A stretch of DNA of 64,000 bases from Octopus bimaculoides (Eukaryota), in contig NC_068985.1 in the NCBI RefSeq assembly GCF_001194135.2, positions 5,452,917 to 5,516,916 on the forward strand. Direction: 5' to 3'. Shown piece by piece: positions 63,643 through 64,000 of the stretch (its first letter is position 1; each line of letters begins with the position of its first letter). Below the pieces are notes generated by a model. That model was not told the origin of the DNA, searched no databases, and saw nothing but the letters and a program-made list of their open reading frames with translations. A program made the translations under genes and the position numbers.

Positions 63643-64000
63643 TGTGAGCAGCAGTTCGTTCCTTTGACTCATCTTCCTTTTTAGTATTGTTAGTCAGGGA
63701 ACGCGACCGAGCAGTGATAGGATACCACTAAGTGAATACTTTGTAGGTGATTGCCGTAGGTGCGATCTTTGCTTTTATTTGTGAAGTTCCGGGAGTGATC
63801 TCACCACGTGACTCCTCGGTAATTGTCTTGTATAAAAGCTTCCTGTAGACACAATCCTTGTTAATGAAATTGTGGGAGGTTTATCAAACAGTATCTCGCT
63901 GATTCTGACTGAAGATAAATCAATGGCACATGGGTCTGTGGACGACTAAGCCACAATAAATACTGTTTTTTATACAATGGGTAGCTATTCCGGTTCATTG

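Overview
Eukaryotic, repeat-saturated draft-assembly DNA: roughly 10% N-gaps and dense TA/CA/TATG/AAT microsatellites. The SINE families present match my recollection of octopus repeats, so Octopus sp. is the likely source (inference, not verified). I cannot name any host gene. Three small candidate exons are the only signs of one, and almost all ORF-track entries are microsatellite or gap artefacts. Recognisable content: many tRNA-derived SINEs of at least four body types; decayed LINEs (two R4/Dong-like families with a restriction-like endonuclease, RTE, CR1-like); a Helitron 3' end with its helicase C-terminus; a mariner 3' end; MITEs; and a Penelope-type GIY-YIG remnant. The most striking unexplained structure is a set of about six unrelated short repeat families, each carrying a minimal type I hammerhead ribozyme motif (CUGANGA...GAAA...NUH, short or palindromic stem III). 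One family has a tRNA-derived Pol III head fused to the hammerhead, and several copies carry inverted 5' segments typical of Penelope-like retrotransposition. Also notable: an RLE LINE family that sits repeatedly, often in tandem, in (TACA)n microsatellites; a SINE sharing its tail with a CR1-like LINE; and 2x2 body/tail shuffling among SINEs. All folds and translations were done by eye and need computational and experimental confirmation.
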